Source: an uncultured Actinomycetes bacterium (GTDB lineage: Bacteria; Actinomycetota; Coriobacteriia; Anaerosomatales; PHET01). From it: a DNA stretch of 64,000 nt. The stretch is from NCBI GenBank assembly GCA_963702525.1, contig CAVPCY010000013.1, forward strand, positions 163,965 to 227,964, written 5' to 3'. The notes under the pieces are model-generated. The model saw only the letters and a program-made list of their open reading frames with translations, did no database searches and was not told the DNA's origin. This document shows positions 40,365 to 51,471 of this stretch, piece after piece. Both the position numbers and the translations under genes were made by a program. The stretch's first letter is position 1. Each line of letters begins with the position of its first letter.

Positions 40365-41090
40365 ATGCGCCTCCAGCGGTTTCTTGCGCGCTCGGGCGTT
40401 GCCTCGCGGCGCGGCAGCGAGGACTTGATGACGGCGGGCCGTGTGCGCGTGAACGGAGCTGTCGTCGCCTCCCTCGGGAGCAAGGTGGATCCCCGCGTGG
40501 ACCTGATCGAGGTCGACGGGAAACGCGTCGTGCCCATGGGTGCTCCGGTCTACATGGCCTTGAACAAGCCCGCGGGCTGCGTGACCACCATGAGCGACCC
40601 CCAGGGCAGACCGACGGTGTCATCGCTCGTCCCCGTCGACGAGCACCCGGGTCTGTTTCCCGTGGGCAGGCTGGATCTCGAGACCACCGGCCTGCTTCTC
40701 TTCACGACCGACGGCGAGCTCTCTCACCGGCTGCTGCATCCACGGTGGAAGGTACCGAAGACCTACGTGGCCGTGGTGGACGGCACTCCAGGGCCGCACG
40801 CATGTTCGACGCTCGAGTCCGGAGTCGATCTCGACGACGGGACGACTGCTCCGGCGATCGTTCGGGTGCTCGAGACTCGCTCGGACTCGGCCTTGGTCGA
40901 GATCACCATCCGAGAGGGGCGCAAGCGCCAAGTGCGCAGGATGTTCTCGGCTGTAGGGCATCCGGTGGTGCAGTTGCATCGCACCGTGTTCGGCCCCGTC
41001 GAGCTGGGCACGCTCGAGCCCGGTGCGTGGCGTATGCTCGACGAGCGGGAGATCGCGGCCCTGCGTGCAGCCACGGAGATGGGGGACTAG
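40365..41090 (+). CDS. rluB: RluB/RsuA-family pseudouridine synthase (S4 domain plus catalytic domain)
   Basis: MRLQRFLARSGVASRRGSEDLMTAGRVRVNG; VGRLDLETTGLLLFTTDGEL. Confidence 0.8.
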   Translation: MRLQRFLARSGVASRRGSEDLMTAGRVRVNGAVVASLGSKVDPRVDLIEVDGKRVVPMGAPVYMALNKPAGCVTTMSDPQGRPTVSSLVPVDEHPGLFPVGRLDLETTGLLLFTTDGELSHRLLHPRWKVPKTYVAVVDGTPGPHACSTLESGVDLDDGTTAPAIVRVLETRSDSALVEITIREGRKRQVRRMFSAVGHPVVQLHRTVFGPVELGTLEPGAWRMLDEREIAALRAATEMGD

Positions 41091-41709
41091 GTGGCGTTGG
41101 TCGTCTTCACAGGGGGCGCGAGGAGCGGCAAGAGCGGCGCTGCGACGCGCCTCGTGACATCTCGCGTCGGCGACGGCGGGGCCACGATCGTGGTGTTCGG
41201 ACGTGAAACCGAAGACGATGAGTTCGCCGAGAGGATCGCGCGCCATCGGGCGGAGCGGCCGGCGCACTGGACCACTGTGGAGGCGCAAGACGCATCGGGC
41301 TGGACCGCTGGGGTGCCCGAGGGCGAAACGGTACTGATCGACTGCATGGGTACCTTGCTGGGGCTCATCATGGACGAGGCGGGTTCAGAGGCCGAGTATG
41401 CCGACTCCGGACGTGCTGCCCGCCGCATTCGCGGCGCGATGTCGAGAAGGTGCTGGACGGCATCATCGCCTGGCTCGTGAGCCGGCGCGGTGACACCGTG
41501 GTGGTGACGAACGAGGTTGGCGACGGAGTCGTTCCGGCGTACGCCCTCGGGACGCGTGTTCCGCGACGTCTTGGGCAGGGCGAACCGATCGCCTGGTGGA
41601 CGGCGCTGACGCGGCGTACCTGTGCGTTGCCGGACGGCTCGTGGACCTGCGCAGCAGACCGACCGAGGCGATGTTGGCCCGAAGACTGACGATCGAAGGG
41701 GTTCGATGA
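41091..41709 (+). CDS. cobU: Adenosylcobinamide kinase / adenosylcobinamide-phosphate guanylyltransferase; about 3-4 frameshifts
   Basis: P-loop FTGGARSGKS, VLIDCMGTLL, VVVTNEVGDGVVP, FRDVLGRANRS/LVDGADAAYLCVAGRLVDL. The stop overlaps the cobT ATG (ATGA). Confidence 0.7.
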
Positions 41710-42789
41710 CCGAGCAAGACATGACCTACGAAGCGCAACTCGACTCCGTCGTTTCGTCGGTTCAGCCGACATCGCCGGCCGATGAGAACGCCGCGTGGGA
41801 GCGGCTGGACTCGCTGACCAAGCCGCCGCGCTCGCTGGGGCGGCTCGAGGAGGTGGCCGCTCGCGTGGCGCGCGTGCAAGGCACTGCGCGCCCCTCCGTG
41901 AGCAAGAAGGCCGTCGTTGTCGCGGCAGCCGACCACGGGGTGGTGGCCGAGGGCGTCTCGGCGTACCCGCAGGACGTGACGTGGCAGATGGTGGCGAACT
42001 TCTCGGCAGGAGGGGCGGCGATCAACGCGCTGGCACGCAGCGCTCGCGCTGAGGTGATCGTCTACGACGTCGGTGTCGCAGCCGACATCGAGCATCTTGC
42101 GGGGGTGGAGCACCGCAAGGTGGCCAGAGGCACCGAGAACATGGCGCTGGGCCCCGCGATGACGCGTGAGGAGTGTGCGCGCAGTGTGCTGATCGGCGTG
42201 GAGGCGGCTCGAACGCTGGCCGAGCGGGGCTACTCGCTGATCGGTACCGGCGAGATGGGCATCGGCAACACCACCGCGGCGGCCGCGCTGACCGCGACTT
42301 TCACCGGCGCGTCGCCGGAGATGGTGGTCGGCCGCGGGACCGGCGTGGACGACGACACCCTGGTTCGCAAGACCGACGTCGTGCGGCGGGCGCTCGAGGT
42401 CAATGACGTGGGGTCGCTCGACGCCCTTGGAGTGCTGGCCGCGGTCGGCGGTCTCGAGATAGCGATGCTTGCCGGCGTGATCATCGGCTGCGCTCAGGAG
42501 CGGACCTGTGTCGTGGCCGATGGCTACATCTCGGGAGCCGCCGCGTTGGCCGCGGTCGCCCTGTGTCCGCATCGCGCGAGAGTACATCCTCCCGTCGCAT
42601 CTGTCGGTGGAGCCGGGCCATGCGGTGGTGCTTCGAGCGCTGGAGCTCGAACCGGTCCTCGACCTCGACATGCGACTTGGCGAGGGCACCGGCGCCGCAC
42701 TCGCCTTCGGGATCATCGACGCCGCCTGTCACATGATCGCGGATATGGCCACCTTCTCCGAAGCCGGCGTGAGCGAGGCCGCCGAGTAG
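41706..42789 (+). CDS. cobT: Nicotinate-nucleotide--dimethylbenzimidazole phosphoribosyltransferase; frameshift near 42570
   Basis: LDSLTKPPRSLGRLEE, ADHGV, GEMGIGNTTAAAAL, then in another frame ...SHLSVEPGHAVVLRALELEPVLDLDMRLGEGTGAALA. Confidence 0.8.
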
Positions 42790-43570
42790 TGGCCGATGGG
42801 CGAAACAGACCCCTGCGAGACGCGTTGCTTGCGCTGTCACTGCTCTCGGCCGTGCCCATCTCGACGCGGTGGCCCGACGACGAGCAGACCGGAGCCGCTG
42901 CCTGGTTTCCTTTCGTCGGCCTGGTTCTCGGCGCATTCGCGTGGGTCGCGGTCCATGTGCTTGGAGTTCGCCGGATGGGACGGACGAGCGAGCCTGGTCG
43001 TCGGTGCGGCTATCGTCGCGCTGTGGGCCGGCGCGACCCGGATGCTTCACTGGGACGGTCTGGCCGACTACGCGGACGGGCTATGGGGGGGCTCCACGCC
43101 TGAGGCGCGGCTGGCGATCATGGCCGACAGCCACACGGGCGCGTTCGGCGCGACGGCCGTCGCGATCGTGGCACTCGTCGAGACGGCGAGCGTGGCCTCG
43201 ATCCTGTCCGGGCAACCATGAGATGCCCATCCTGGTGATACCTGCTTTCGCTCGGCTGAGCGCGTCGTGCGCCGCCTGGCTCGGAACACCCGCACGGCCG
43301 AGCGGTCTGGGTCGCTCGGTCATGGGGCGGCCGACACTGCTTGACGTGTATCGTCGCCGCCGCCGTCGTGGGCTCGTCGGCCGCGCTGCTGTACTTGGGA
43401 TTCGGCGTCTCGGGAGCCGTTCTCGGGATGGTCGGATCGTATTGGCGCTCGGCGTGCCGCACGTGCTCGCCAAGCCGACCGGTGGGGTCACGGGCGACGT
43501 GATGGGCGCCGGAGTGCTGGTGTGCGAGGCGACTCTGTTCGCTGTGGCGGCGCTGTTGTGGGGGGCATGA
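42789..43570 (+). CDS. cobS: Adenosylcobinamide-GDP ribazoletransferase (cobalamin synthase); about 3 frameshifts
   Basis: Pieces LRDALLALSLLSAVPI, HWDGLADYADGLWGG, DSHTGAFGATAV, GGVTGDVMGAGVLVCEA lie in three frames. Confidence 0.65.
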
Positions 43571-44155
43571 TGCACGAGTGCGACATCCTGCTGGTCAGAC
43601 ACCCCGAGACCGAGGCGAACATCTCCGGCAGGCTGGTCGGGCGAGGTCACTCGGAGTTCACGGCCGAGGGTCGCCGGCAGTTGGCGCGCGTGCCGTCCAA
43701 GATCGCCGCGTTCGGCCCGTCGTGCGTATGGACCAGCCCGCTGGACAGGGCCTATCGGCTTGCTCGGCGCGCCGCTGCGCGCGCGGGGGTCCCGCTCGCC
43801 GCTCGACCAGCGTCTCGTGGAGCTGGACTTCGGAGAGGCCGAGGGCCTCACATTCGAGCAGGTCGCCGAGGCCGGGATGGCATTCAACTATCGCAGCCGC
43901 GAAACGCCGGTCGCCCCGGGCGGGGAGAGCCGCGCCATGATCGAGGAGCGCGCCGCCGAGTTCTGCGATGAGGTCGTCGCGCTTCGCGGCAAGCATGCGA
44001 TCGTGACGCACGGCGGCGTGTTTCGCGCGTCCCTCGTCCACCTGCTTGGGCTGGCGTCCACGGATATCTGGGCGTTTCACATACACAACGCTCAGCTTGC
44101 CCATCTCAGGATCGTGGACGGGCACGGTATGCTTGAGCGGTACGTGCAGGGATAG
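43567..44155 (+). CDS. cobC: Histidine phosphatase family protein (probable alpha-ribazole phosphatase); frameshift near 43790
   Basis: ILLVRHPETEAN (RHG-type motif), WTSPLDRA, LVELDFGEAEG, IVTHGGVFRA. Located in the cobUTS context. Confidence 0.6.
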
Positions 44156-44249
44156 GCTCGGCACTCCCGGCGAACGCCTATTCGCCTCGAGAAGCCGGCT
44201 CGAGAACCGTCGTCACTTGCCGTGGCCGGTGGCGCTGGATGGAGGTCTC

Positions 44250-45353
44250 GTGGACTGGGAGCGGCTGATTCGGGACGAACTCGCGCCGATGGTGCCTTAT
44301 GCGCCGGGTCTGCGCGCTTCTGAGGTGCGCGAGCAGTGCGGATGTGACGTCATCCACAAGCTCTCCAGCAACGAGAACCCCTACGGGCCGGTTCCCGCGG
44401 CAGTCGATGCCATGACCGCGTTGCTCCCTCGACTCAACGTGTACCCGGACGGGTCGGCGCGGGCACTCAAGGGCGCGCTGGCGTCACACCTGGATGTCGA
44501 CGTCTCCAACGTGGTGGTCGGCAACGGAAGCAACGAGCTCATCCGCCTGATCGCGCAAGCGGTGCTGCGTCCGGGAGACGAATGCGTCTTCGCGTGGCCA
44601 AGCTTCGTCGTCTACCCGATGGTGACCCAGCTCATGGGGGCAACGGCTGTCAGGGTGGGACTGACCGATGGCCAGGCGCACGACCTCGATGCGATGCTGG
44701 ACGCCATCACCGACCGGACCCGGCTCGTCTTCCTGTGCAACCCCAACAACCCGACCGGCACCATCTACACGAGGGATGTCTTCGCGAAGTTCATGAGTCA
44801 AGTGCCCGACGACGTTCTCGTGGTCGTGGACGAGGCGTACTTCGAGTACGTGACCGCCAGCGACTACCCGAACGCCCTCGAGTGGTTCGACGGGATCCGA
44901 CCGCTTTGCGTTCTGCGTACCTTCAGCAAGATCTACTCGCTTGCGGGATTGCGCGTCGGCTACGGCGTTCTGCCCGAGCAGATGGTCGCGGCCGTGAACA
45001 AGATCCGCGAGCCGTTCAACGTGAGTTCCGTGTCTCAGGTAGCGGCGTACTACTCGCTTCAGGACAAGGCTGAGATCGCCCGTCGACGGGACGTGAACGC
45101 GGAGCAGCGCGACGCGCTTGCGCGGGCCTTCGATCGTTTGGGCGTGCGGTGGTTTCCTTCCGAGACCAACTTCGTCTACATCTTGACCGACACACCCGTC
45201 GAGCTGTTCAAGCAGCTGCTGGAGTTCGGAGTGATCGTGCGCGACTTCGGAACCGCGCCGGCACTGCGAGTCGGCGTAGGATCCCCAGACGACACTGCAG
45301 CGACGATCGCGGCGTTCGAGGGCGCACTTGCCAGGTTGGCGGACAGGCAGTAA
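44250..45353 (+). CDS. hisC: Histidinol-phosphate / aromatic aminotransferase
   Basis: LSSNENPYGP, NPNNPTG, VVDEAY, RTFSKIYSLAGLRVGY. The GTG at 44250 is preceded by GGAGGT. Confidence 0.8.
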   Translation: MDWERLIRDELAPMVPYAPGLRASEVREQCGCDVIHKLSSNENPYGPVPAAVDAMTALLPRLNVYPDGSARALKGALASHLDVDVSNVVVGNGSNELIRLIAQAVLRPGDECVFAWPSFVVYPMVTQLMGATAVRVGLTDGQAHDLDAMLDAITDRTRLVFLCNPNNPTGTIYTRDVFAKFMSQVPDDVLVVVDEAYFEYVTASDYPNALEWFDGIRPLCVLRTFSKIYSLAGLRVGYGVLPEQMVAAVNKIREPFNVSSVSQVAAYYSLQDKAEIARRRDVNAEQRDALARAFDRLGVRWFPSETNFVYILTDTPVELFKQLLEFGVIVRDFGTAPALRVGVGSPDDTAATIAAFEGALARLADRQ

Positions 45354-45385
45354 CGAGCGTTGACTATCGGCATTGGGGTGCTGTG

Positions 45386-46534
45386 ATGAGTGACGGACGC
45401 GTGGAGCGCATCGCCGTGATCGGCGTGGGTCTGATCGGCGGGTCCTTCGCCAGGGCGCTCAAGCAACTGGCTGAGCCGCCCGCCGTGCTCGGCATCGATA
45501 CCGACGCGGACGCCCTGGCGTGGGCTCTCGAGGACGGGGTCGTCGACGAGGTGTCTCTGCCCGATGGTGCCGCTGCCTCTGAATGGCTGGCACCGGGCGG
45601 GGCCGACGTCGTCGTCGTTGCCACGCCGGCAAGCTTCACCGTGCGCTGGCTCTCGGTGCTTGGCGCGGCTGGATTCGACGGGATCGTTACCGACGTGTCC
45701 TCGACGAAGAGCGCTGTCCTTGCGGCCGCGCGCTCCTTGCTGGCCATGCCTGCGAGGTTCGTTGGCGGACACCCCATGGCCGGAAGCGAGCGCTCGGGTG
45801 TGCAGGCGTCGCGAGCGGACCTCTTCGCGGGAGCGTACTGGCTGCTCACCCCGGGCCAGGACACCGAGCCGCACGCGTACAGGACGGTGCATGCTCTCGT
45901 GAGCTCGATCGGTGCGCGCGTGATCTCGGTGGACGCCGAATCCCACGACCAGGCCGTGGCCATCGTGAGCCACGTTCCCCACGTCGCAGCGGCTGCGCTC
46001 GTCGATCTGGCGGCGGTTCACGCGGGCGAGGGCGGAGAGCTCCTTCGCCTGGCCGCCGGCGGATTCAAGGACACGACGCGCATCGCGGCGGGATCGCCCG
46101 AGTTGTGGACCGGCATCTGTTTGGACAACGCCGACGCGGTGGCGGCGGGACTGTCGGAGCTGCGCGAAGTCCTGCGGGAGTTCGAAGTGCGCGTGCGTTC
46201 GAGGGATGCGGCCGCCATCACCTCCTGGCTTGCCGGGGCCGCCGAGGTGCGGCGTTCCCTGCCGGCTCAATGGGTTCCGTCGACCGCGGCGCTTATCGAG
46301 CTCGTTGTTCCGATGGGCGACCGTCCGGGTGTCGTGGCTGAGATCACAGGTGCGGTCTCGCGGTCCCGATGCAACATCGAAGGCATCGACATCGACCACG
46401 AGACGGAAGATCGAGCCCTTCTGGTCATGGTACTCACCGATGAGGGCGATCTGCAGCGACTCTCCGATGAGCTCACCAACCTCGGCTACGAGCCCCGGTT
46501 CACACCGCTCAGCGAGACCGGTGAGGGCCAGTGA
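45386..46534 (+). CDS. tyrA: Prephenate dehydrogenase with C-terminal ACT domain
   Basis: IAVIGVGLIGGSFA, GGHPMAGSERSG, ACT-like VPMGDRPGVVAEITGAV. Confidence 0.8.
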   Translation: MSDGRVERIAVIGVGLIGGSFARALKQLAEPPAVLGIDTDADALAWALEDGVVDEVSLPDGAAASEWLAPGGADVVVVATPASFTVRWLSVLGAAGFDGIVTDVSSTKSAVLAAARSLLAMPARFVGGHPMAGSERSGVQASRADLFAGAYWLLTPGQDTEPHAYRTVHALVSSIGARVISVDAESHDQAVAIVSHVPHVAAAALVDLAAVHAGEGGELLRLAAGGFKDTTRIAAGSPELWTGICLDNADAVAAGLSELREVLREFEVRVRSRDAAAITSWLAGAAEVRRSLPAQWVPSTAALIELVVPMGDRPGVVAEITGAVSRSRCNIEGIDIDHETEDRALLVMVLTDEGDLQRLSDELTNLGYEPRFTPLSETGEGQ

Positions 46535-47846
46535 GAGCCGCCTTCGGCCCCGGTTGCGCTCCGCTTCGCGGGAGCGTCCGCGTCCCCGGCGACAAGTCGC
46601 TATCGCACCGCGCCGTCCTTTTCGCTGCGATGGCTCAGGGGCGCAGCACCCTGTCGGGCATCCTCGACTCGGAGGACGTGCGTGCGACCATCGGCGCCGT
46701 TGAAGGCCCTCGGCGCGGTCGTGGAACTCGCGCCGGCTGAGGACGGCTCGCTCTCGGGCACCGTCGAAGGGTGGGGGGAGCGCGGGCCGAGAAGCCCCGG
46801 CGTGCCGATCGACTGCGGGAACTCCGGCACTACCGCTCGCCTGCTGATGGGCATCATCGCAGGATGGCCGATACGACGTCACCCTGACCGGTGACGCTTC
46901 ACTCAGCTCGCGGCCCATGAGACGCGTGACCGAGCCGTTGAGCGCTATGGGTGCCTCGTTTGAAGCGAGTGAGGCGGGCACGCTGCCTGTGACCGTTCAC
47001 GGCAGCGCCGCGCTCAGGCCGCTCAACTTCGCCTCGCCCGTCGCGTCCGCCCAGGTGAAGACGGCGGTGCTCTTGGCGGGTCTTCGCGCCTCAGGTGGAG
47101 TGCGGGTGATCGAGCCGGCAAGAAGCCGTGATCACACCGAGCGGCTGCTGCCTGCGTTCGGAGTGGCCGTGAAGGTCGATCCTGAGACAGGCGCCGTGTC
47201 GCTGTGTGGCCCTGTGGTGCCTCAGGCCGCTTCGGTCGCTGTGCCGGCGGATCCCTCCTCGGCAGCGTTCATCGTTGTTGCGAGTCTGCTCGTACCGGGC
47301 AGTCGCGTCTCGCTCACGGGCGTCTCCCTCAACGAGACACGGACCGGATTCGTGCGCGTCTTGCAGCGCATGGGGGCTTCCGTGGGTGTCACGAACGCCG
47401 ACTCGCGAGAGTACGAACCGGCGGGCGACGATGGTAGTCGAGTACTCTGCGGCGATGCGCGCAACTACCGTGGAGTCCCACGAAGTACCCTCACTCGTCG
47501 ACGAGGTGCCGATACTGGCGCTGGCAGCGTCTGCTGCCGTCGGGACCACCAGGTTCGAGGGCGTCTCGGAGTTGCGGGTCAAGGAGAGTGACCGCCTTGC
47601 GGCCGTCGCCGAAGGATTGAGTGGCACTGGGTGTCGAGGTACGAACGGGACCTGACTGGCTGGAGGTCGACGGGCCCTCGTCGCTGCACGGCGCTGCATT
47701 TGGACTCGCTCGGCGACCATCGGCTCGCCATGACGTGGGCGATCGCGGGGTTGGTTGCCGACGGCCCGGTGAGCATCGAGCGTTTCGACGCGGTCGACGT
47801 CAGCTATCCCGGTTTTGCGCGTGACTTGGCCGACCTTGGCGCGTAG
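46531..47846 (+). CDS. aroA: 3-phosphoshikimate 1-carboxyvinyltransferase (EPSP synthase); at least 5 frameshifts
   Basis: VPGDKSLSHRA, CGNSGTTARLL, LSSRPMRRV, SAQVKTAVLLAGL, DPSSAAF, LRVKESDRLAA, DHRLAMTWAIAGL are spread over all three frames. Confidence 0.8.
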
Positions 47847-47895
47847 TACAATCCTTCCAGCCGAAGCGCTGCCGAGAAAGGCGGAGAATACCTCG

Positions 47896-48564
47896 ATGAT
47901 CATCGCCATTGACGGACCTGCAGGTTCGGGCAAGTCCACCGTGGCACAGAGGGTCGCCGGCAGGCTCGGCTTCCACTATCTCGACACCGGGGCGATGTAT
48001 CGCGCCGTCGCGTTCCGTGCTCTGTCACTGGGGATCTCCCCGCACGACGAAGCTTCTGTGGCGGCCATCGCCATGCGCGACGAGGTCGCCTTCGCCCACG
48101 AGGACGGCTCCCACATCGCGTCGAGCGTGCTCATCGCCGACCAGGATGTCACTGCCGAGATCCGGACGCCGCGGGTGGACGAAGCGGTGAGCGCCGTCGC
48201 CAAGCAGCCGTCGGTGCGCCGGGCGATGGTCGCCCAGCAGCGCCACATCGCCGAGCAAGACGACATCGTCGTGGAGGGCCGTGACATCGGCACGGTCGTG
48301 TTCCCTGAGGCCGAGCTCAAGGTGTTTCTGACCGCGTCTTCTGAGGAGCGCGCCAGGCGCCGAGCCGCTCAGCAAAGCGAGAACGGCGTCGAAGTGGCCG
48401 AAGAGGACGTGCGTGTAGCGATCGAGCGCAGGGATCAGGCCGACTCCACGCGTGAGCACTCGCCGCTCGCTGTGGCCGATGATGCCGTCCGCATCGACAC
48501 CACCGGGATGTCCATAGACCAGGTTGTCGAGAGAATCGCGGACCTCGCGGAAAGCCTCGACTGA
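47896..48564 (+). CDS. cmk: Cytidylate kinase
   Basis: IAIDGPAGSGKSTVA...YLDTGAMYRA, VVEGRDIGTVV. Confidence 0.85.
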   Translation: MIIAIDGPAGSGKSTVAQRVAGRLGFHYLDTGAMYRAVAFRALSLGISPHDEASVAAIAMRDEVAFAHEDGSHIASSVLIADQDVTAEIRTPRVDEAVSAVAKQPSVRRAMVAQQRHIAEQDDIVVEGRDIGTVVFPEAELKVFLTASSEERARRRAAQQSENGVEVAEEDVRVAIERRDQADSTREHSPLAVADDAVRIDTTGMSIDQVVERIADLAESLD

Positions 48565-49241
48565 TGCGCCCCTCGGAGGTACGAGGAAAGCCGATGTTCG
48601 GTGACGGAGCGCCCAAGTGGCGCTTCGCGCGCTTCGTCCGCCGTGTCGCCGTGCCGGTGGCGCTTCGGATCTACAGGGTGCGCTTCTTGGGTACCGAGAA
48701 CCTGCCGGACGGCCCGGTCATCTGCGCGGGCAACCACGTGAGCTATCTCGATCCCATTCTCCTGTGGGCGGGTTCGCCGCGGCAGCTGCACTTCGTTGCC
48801 AAGGCCGAACTGTGGGAGACGGGATGGCTGGGGTGGGCGCTCGACCATTTCTGGGCGATCCCGGTTCGGCGAGCGACCGCCGACCGGGAGATGATCGCGA
48901 CCGCCTCTGAGCTGCTGTCTCGCGGCGAGTCGCTCGGGATGTTTCCCGAGGGGACCCGCCAGCGAGATGCCGAAAGCGGTGAGCTTGGAGAGGCGCAGGG
49001 TGGAGTCTCGTTCATAGCGCTTCGTGCGAACGTTCCCGTGGTTCCGGTGGGCATTGCGGGTACCGATAAGGCGTTGCCTGCCGGCGCGAAGGTTCCGCGC
49101 TTTCCGCCGGTGACGTTCGTATTCGGCCAGCCGGTCCGTCCCGAGGAGTTCGAAGGTGGCCGCAAGGAGCGTATGGAGGCTATGACCGCAGCCCTGATGC
49201 AACGAATCGCCGCCGCTCGCGAAGTAGCGAAGGGGGCGTGA
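48564..49241 (+). CDS. plsC: 1-acyl-sn-glycerol-3-phosphate acyltransferase
   Basis: CAGNHVSYLDP (HxxxxD), FPEGTR. Confidence 0.75.
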   Translation: MRPSEVRGKPMFGDGAPKWRFARFVRRVAVPVALRIYRVRFLGTENLPDGPVICAGNHVSYLDPILLWAGSPRQLHFVAKAELWETGWLGWALDHFWAIPVRRATADREMIATASELLSRGESLGMFPEGTRQRDAESGELGEAQGGVSFIALRANVPVVPVGIAGTDKALPAGAKVPRFPPVTFVFGQPVRPEEFEGGRKERMEAMTAALMQRIAAAREVAKGA

Positions 49242-50077
49242 GCATGCGGGTCGAGGTCGCCAGATACGCGGGGGTCTGCTACGGGGTCGAGCGAGCGCTC
49301 AGACTCGCCGAGGAGGCTGCCGAGAGCGGGAAGGTCGTGCATACTCTCGGCCCGTTGATCCACAACCCGCAGGCCGTCGACGCGCTCCAAGCCAAAGGAG
49401 TGGCTGTGGCGGCGTGTTTGGACGAGGTGGACTCGGGGACGCTTGTCATCCGGAGTCACGGCGTCGATCCGGCGATCATCGCATCGGCTCAGGACAAGGG
49501 TTTGGACGTCGTGGACGCTACCTGTCCTCACGTGAGCAAGGCGCACGATGCGGCTGGCGAGCTGCGTGCCGACGGATACGCGGTTGTGATCGTTGGTGAG
49601 GCGGACCACCCGGAGGTCGAGGGCATCATGGCCCACGCCGGCGGTGAGGCTGTGGTGGTTGAAGACGTCGACGAGCTGCCTGACCGGTTGCCGTCGCGGC
49701 GTGTCGGCGTCGTAGTGCAAACGACCCAGTCCGAGTCGCTTCTGGAGGCGGTGGTGGCGGCGCTCGTGCCTCGCGTGACAGAGCTGAGGGTGTACAACAC
49801 CATCTGCTCGGCGACGGTGAAGCGCCAGCGCTCGGCCGCCGAGCTCGCCGAGAGCGTCGACGTCGTAGTGGTCGTGGGGGGCCACAACTCCGGCAACACG
49901 ACGCGACTCGTCGAGATCTGCCGAGAGATCAATCCTCGCACCTACCACGTGGAGACTCCGGGGGAGCTCGACCGTGGCTGGTTCGTGGGCGCGAACAGCG
50001 TGGGTGTGGCGGCCGGCGCGTCAACGCCCGATCAGCAGATGCGAGGGGTCGTCGACGCCATCGAGTCGATGGAGTAG
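49238..50077 (+). CDS. ispH: 4-hydroxy-3-methylbut-2-enyl diphosphate reductase (start GTG 49238 or ATG 49244)
   Basis: AGVCYGVERA, GPLIHNPQ, DATCPHV, NTICSATVKRQ, VVVGGHNSGNT. Confidence 0.85.
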   Translation: MSMRVEVARYAGVCYGVERALRLAEEAAESGKVVHTLGPLIHNPQAVDALQAKGVAVAACLDEVDSGTLVIRSHGVDPAIIASAQDKGLDVVDATCPHVSKAHDAAGELRADGYAVVIVGEADHPEVEGIMAHAGGEAVVVEDVDELPDRLPSRRVGVVVQTTQSESLLEAVVAALVPRVTELRVYNTICSATVKRQRSAAELAESVDVVVVVGGHNSGNTTRLVEICREINPRTYHVETPGELDRGWFVGANSVGVAAGASTPDQQMRGVVDAIESME

Positions 50078-50080
50078 TCG

Positions 50081-51451
50081 ATGAGCCGCACTTCCTACGC
50101 TCCGAGTCGCCACCCACGGCCGGTGGGCGGCGTGGTCGCGTCCGTGGCCCCTGGTTCTCCTGCGGCACGCGCTGCACTTGTGCGTGGCGATGTGGTCGTC
50201 AGCGTAGAGGGCGCCGAGGTGCGTGATGTGCTGGACTGGCAGTGGCTGGCCGACGGTTCGCAGGTCGCCGTTCTAGGTGCAGGACAGCGACTGGTGTCTC
50301 CCGCGCGGTGACGCTTCGTCGGGAGATCGGTGAACCGTGGGGCGTCGAGTTCGCCGAGACTCTCTTCGACGGGGTTCGCACGTGCCGGAATCGCTGCGCG
50401 TTCTGCTTCATGGAGCAGCTTCCGAAGGGCATGAGGCAGCAGCTCTACCTGCGAGATGACGACTATCGGCTGTCGTTTCTGCAGGGCAACTTCATCTCCC
50501 TGACCAACCTGTCCGACCACGACGTCAGCCGCATCATCGAGCAACGCCTGTCTCCGCTGTACGTGTCGCTGCACGCGGTCTCGCCTGAAGTCAGGGCTGT
50601 GCTGGTGTGCGCGAAGGACGACAGGGCGCTCGAGCGCTTCGATCGAGCTCATCGAGGGTGGGGTCGACCTCCACGTGCAGATAGTGCTGGTGCCTGGAGT
50701 CAACGACGGAGCCCGGCTGGAGGAGTCGCTCACTTGGCTTGCCGAGCGCGACGGCGTGGCGTCGGTAGGAATCGTGCCGCTAGGCTACACACGGTTCCAG
50801 TCGCGCTTCGCGTCAAGCTACGGTTCAGCGGATGCCGCCGAGGCCGTTGTGCGACAGGTTGAGCCGTGGCAGGAGGCGTCGCGTACGCGAGATGGGGTGT
50901 CGTGGGTCTATCTGGCGGACGAGCTCTACCTGAGTGCGATGATGGCTCTCCCGCCGACCGAGGAGTACGACGGATTCCCGCAGTACGAGAACGGTATCGG
51001 GATCGTGCGAAGCTTCATCGACGAGTTCGCAGCGATCCGGCACTCGGTCGACGGTGCGGTGGACGCGCTGGGCCGCGGTGGGTACTCGGTGGTTCTGGTA
51101 ACCGGGTCGCTAGCCGCACGGATCCTGCGCGATGCGGTGGTCGGACCGGAGCGGACTGAGGCGCTGCGCGTGCTGGAGGTGCGAAACGAGTTCTTTGGCG
51201 GCAACGTGTCGGTGGCCGGGCTGCTCACAGGTCGCGATCTCACCGAGGCGATCGTACGCGATGCCGCGCTGTATCCCGGTGCGACGTACATGCTTCCTGA
51301 CGTGGTGCTCAACTCGGATGGCGTCACCCTGGACGACATGACCGTCGACGATGTCGCGGGTGCGGCCGGCGCCGACGTGCGTGTGCTATCCTGCGACGCC
51401 GCGGGTGTGCTCGAGGGGCTCAACACCCTTGCAGGCCCTGTCTCGTCCTGA
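50081..51451 (+). CDS. PDZ + radical-SAM-like + DUF512 protein (COG1625 type); frameshifts near 50300 and 50650
   Basis: VAPGSPAARAALVRGDVVVSVEG (PDZ), CRNRCAFCF (CxxxCxxC), LRDDDYRLSFLQGNFISLTN, VLVPGVNDG. It has the typical position upstream of der. Confidence 0.7.
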
Positions 51452-51471
51452 CCAAAGGGAGTGAAGCGGTC

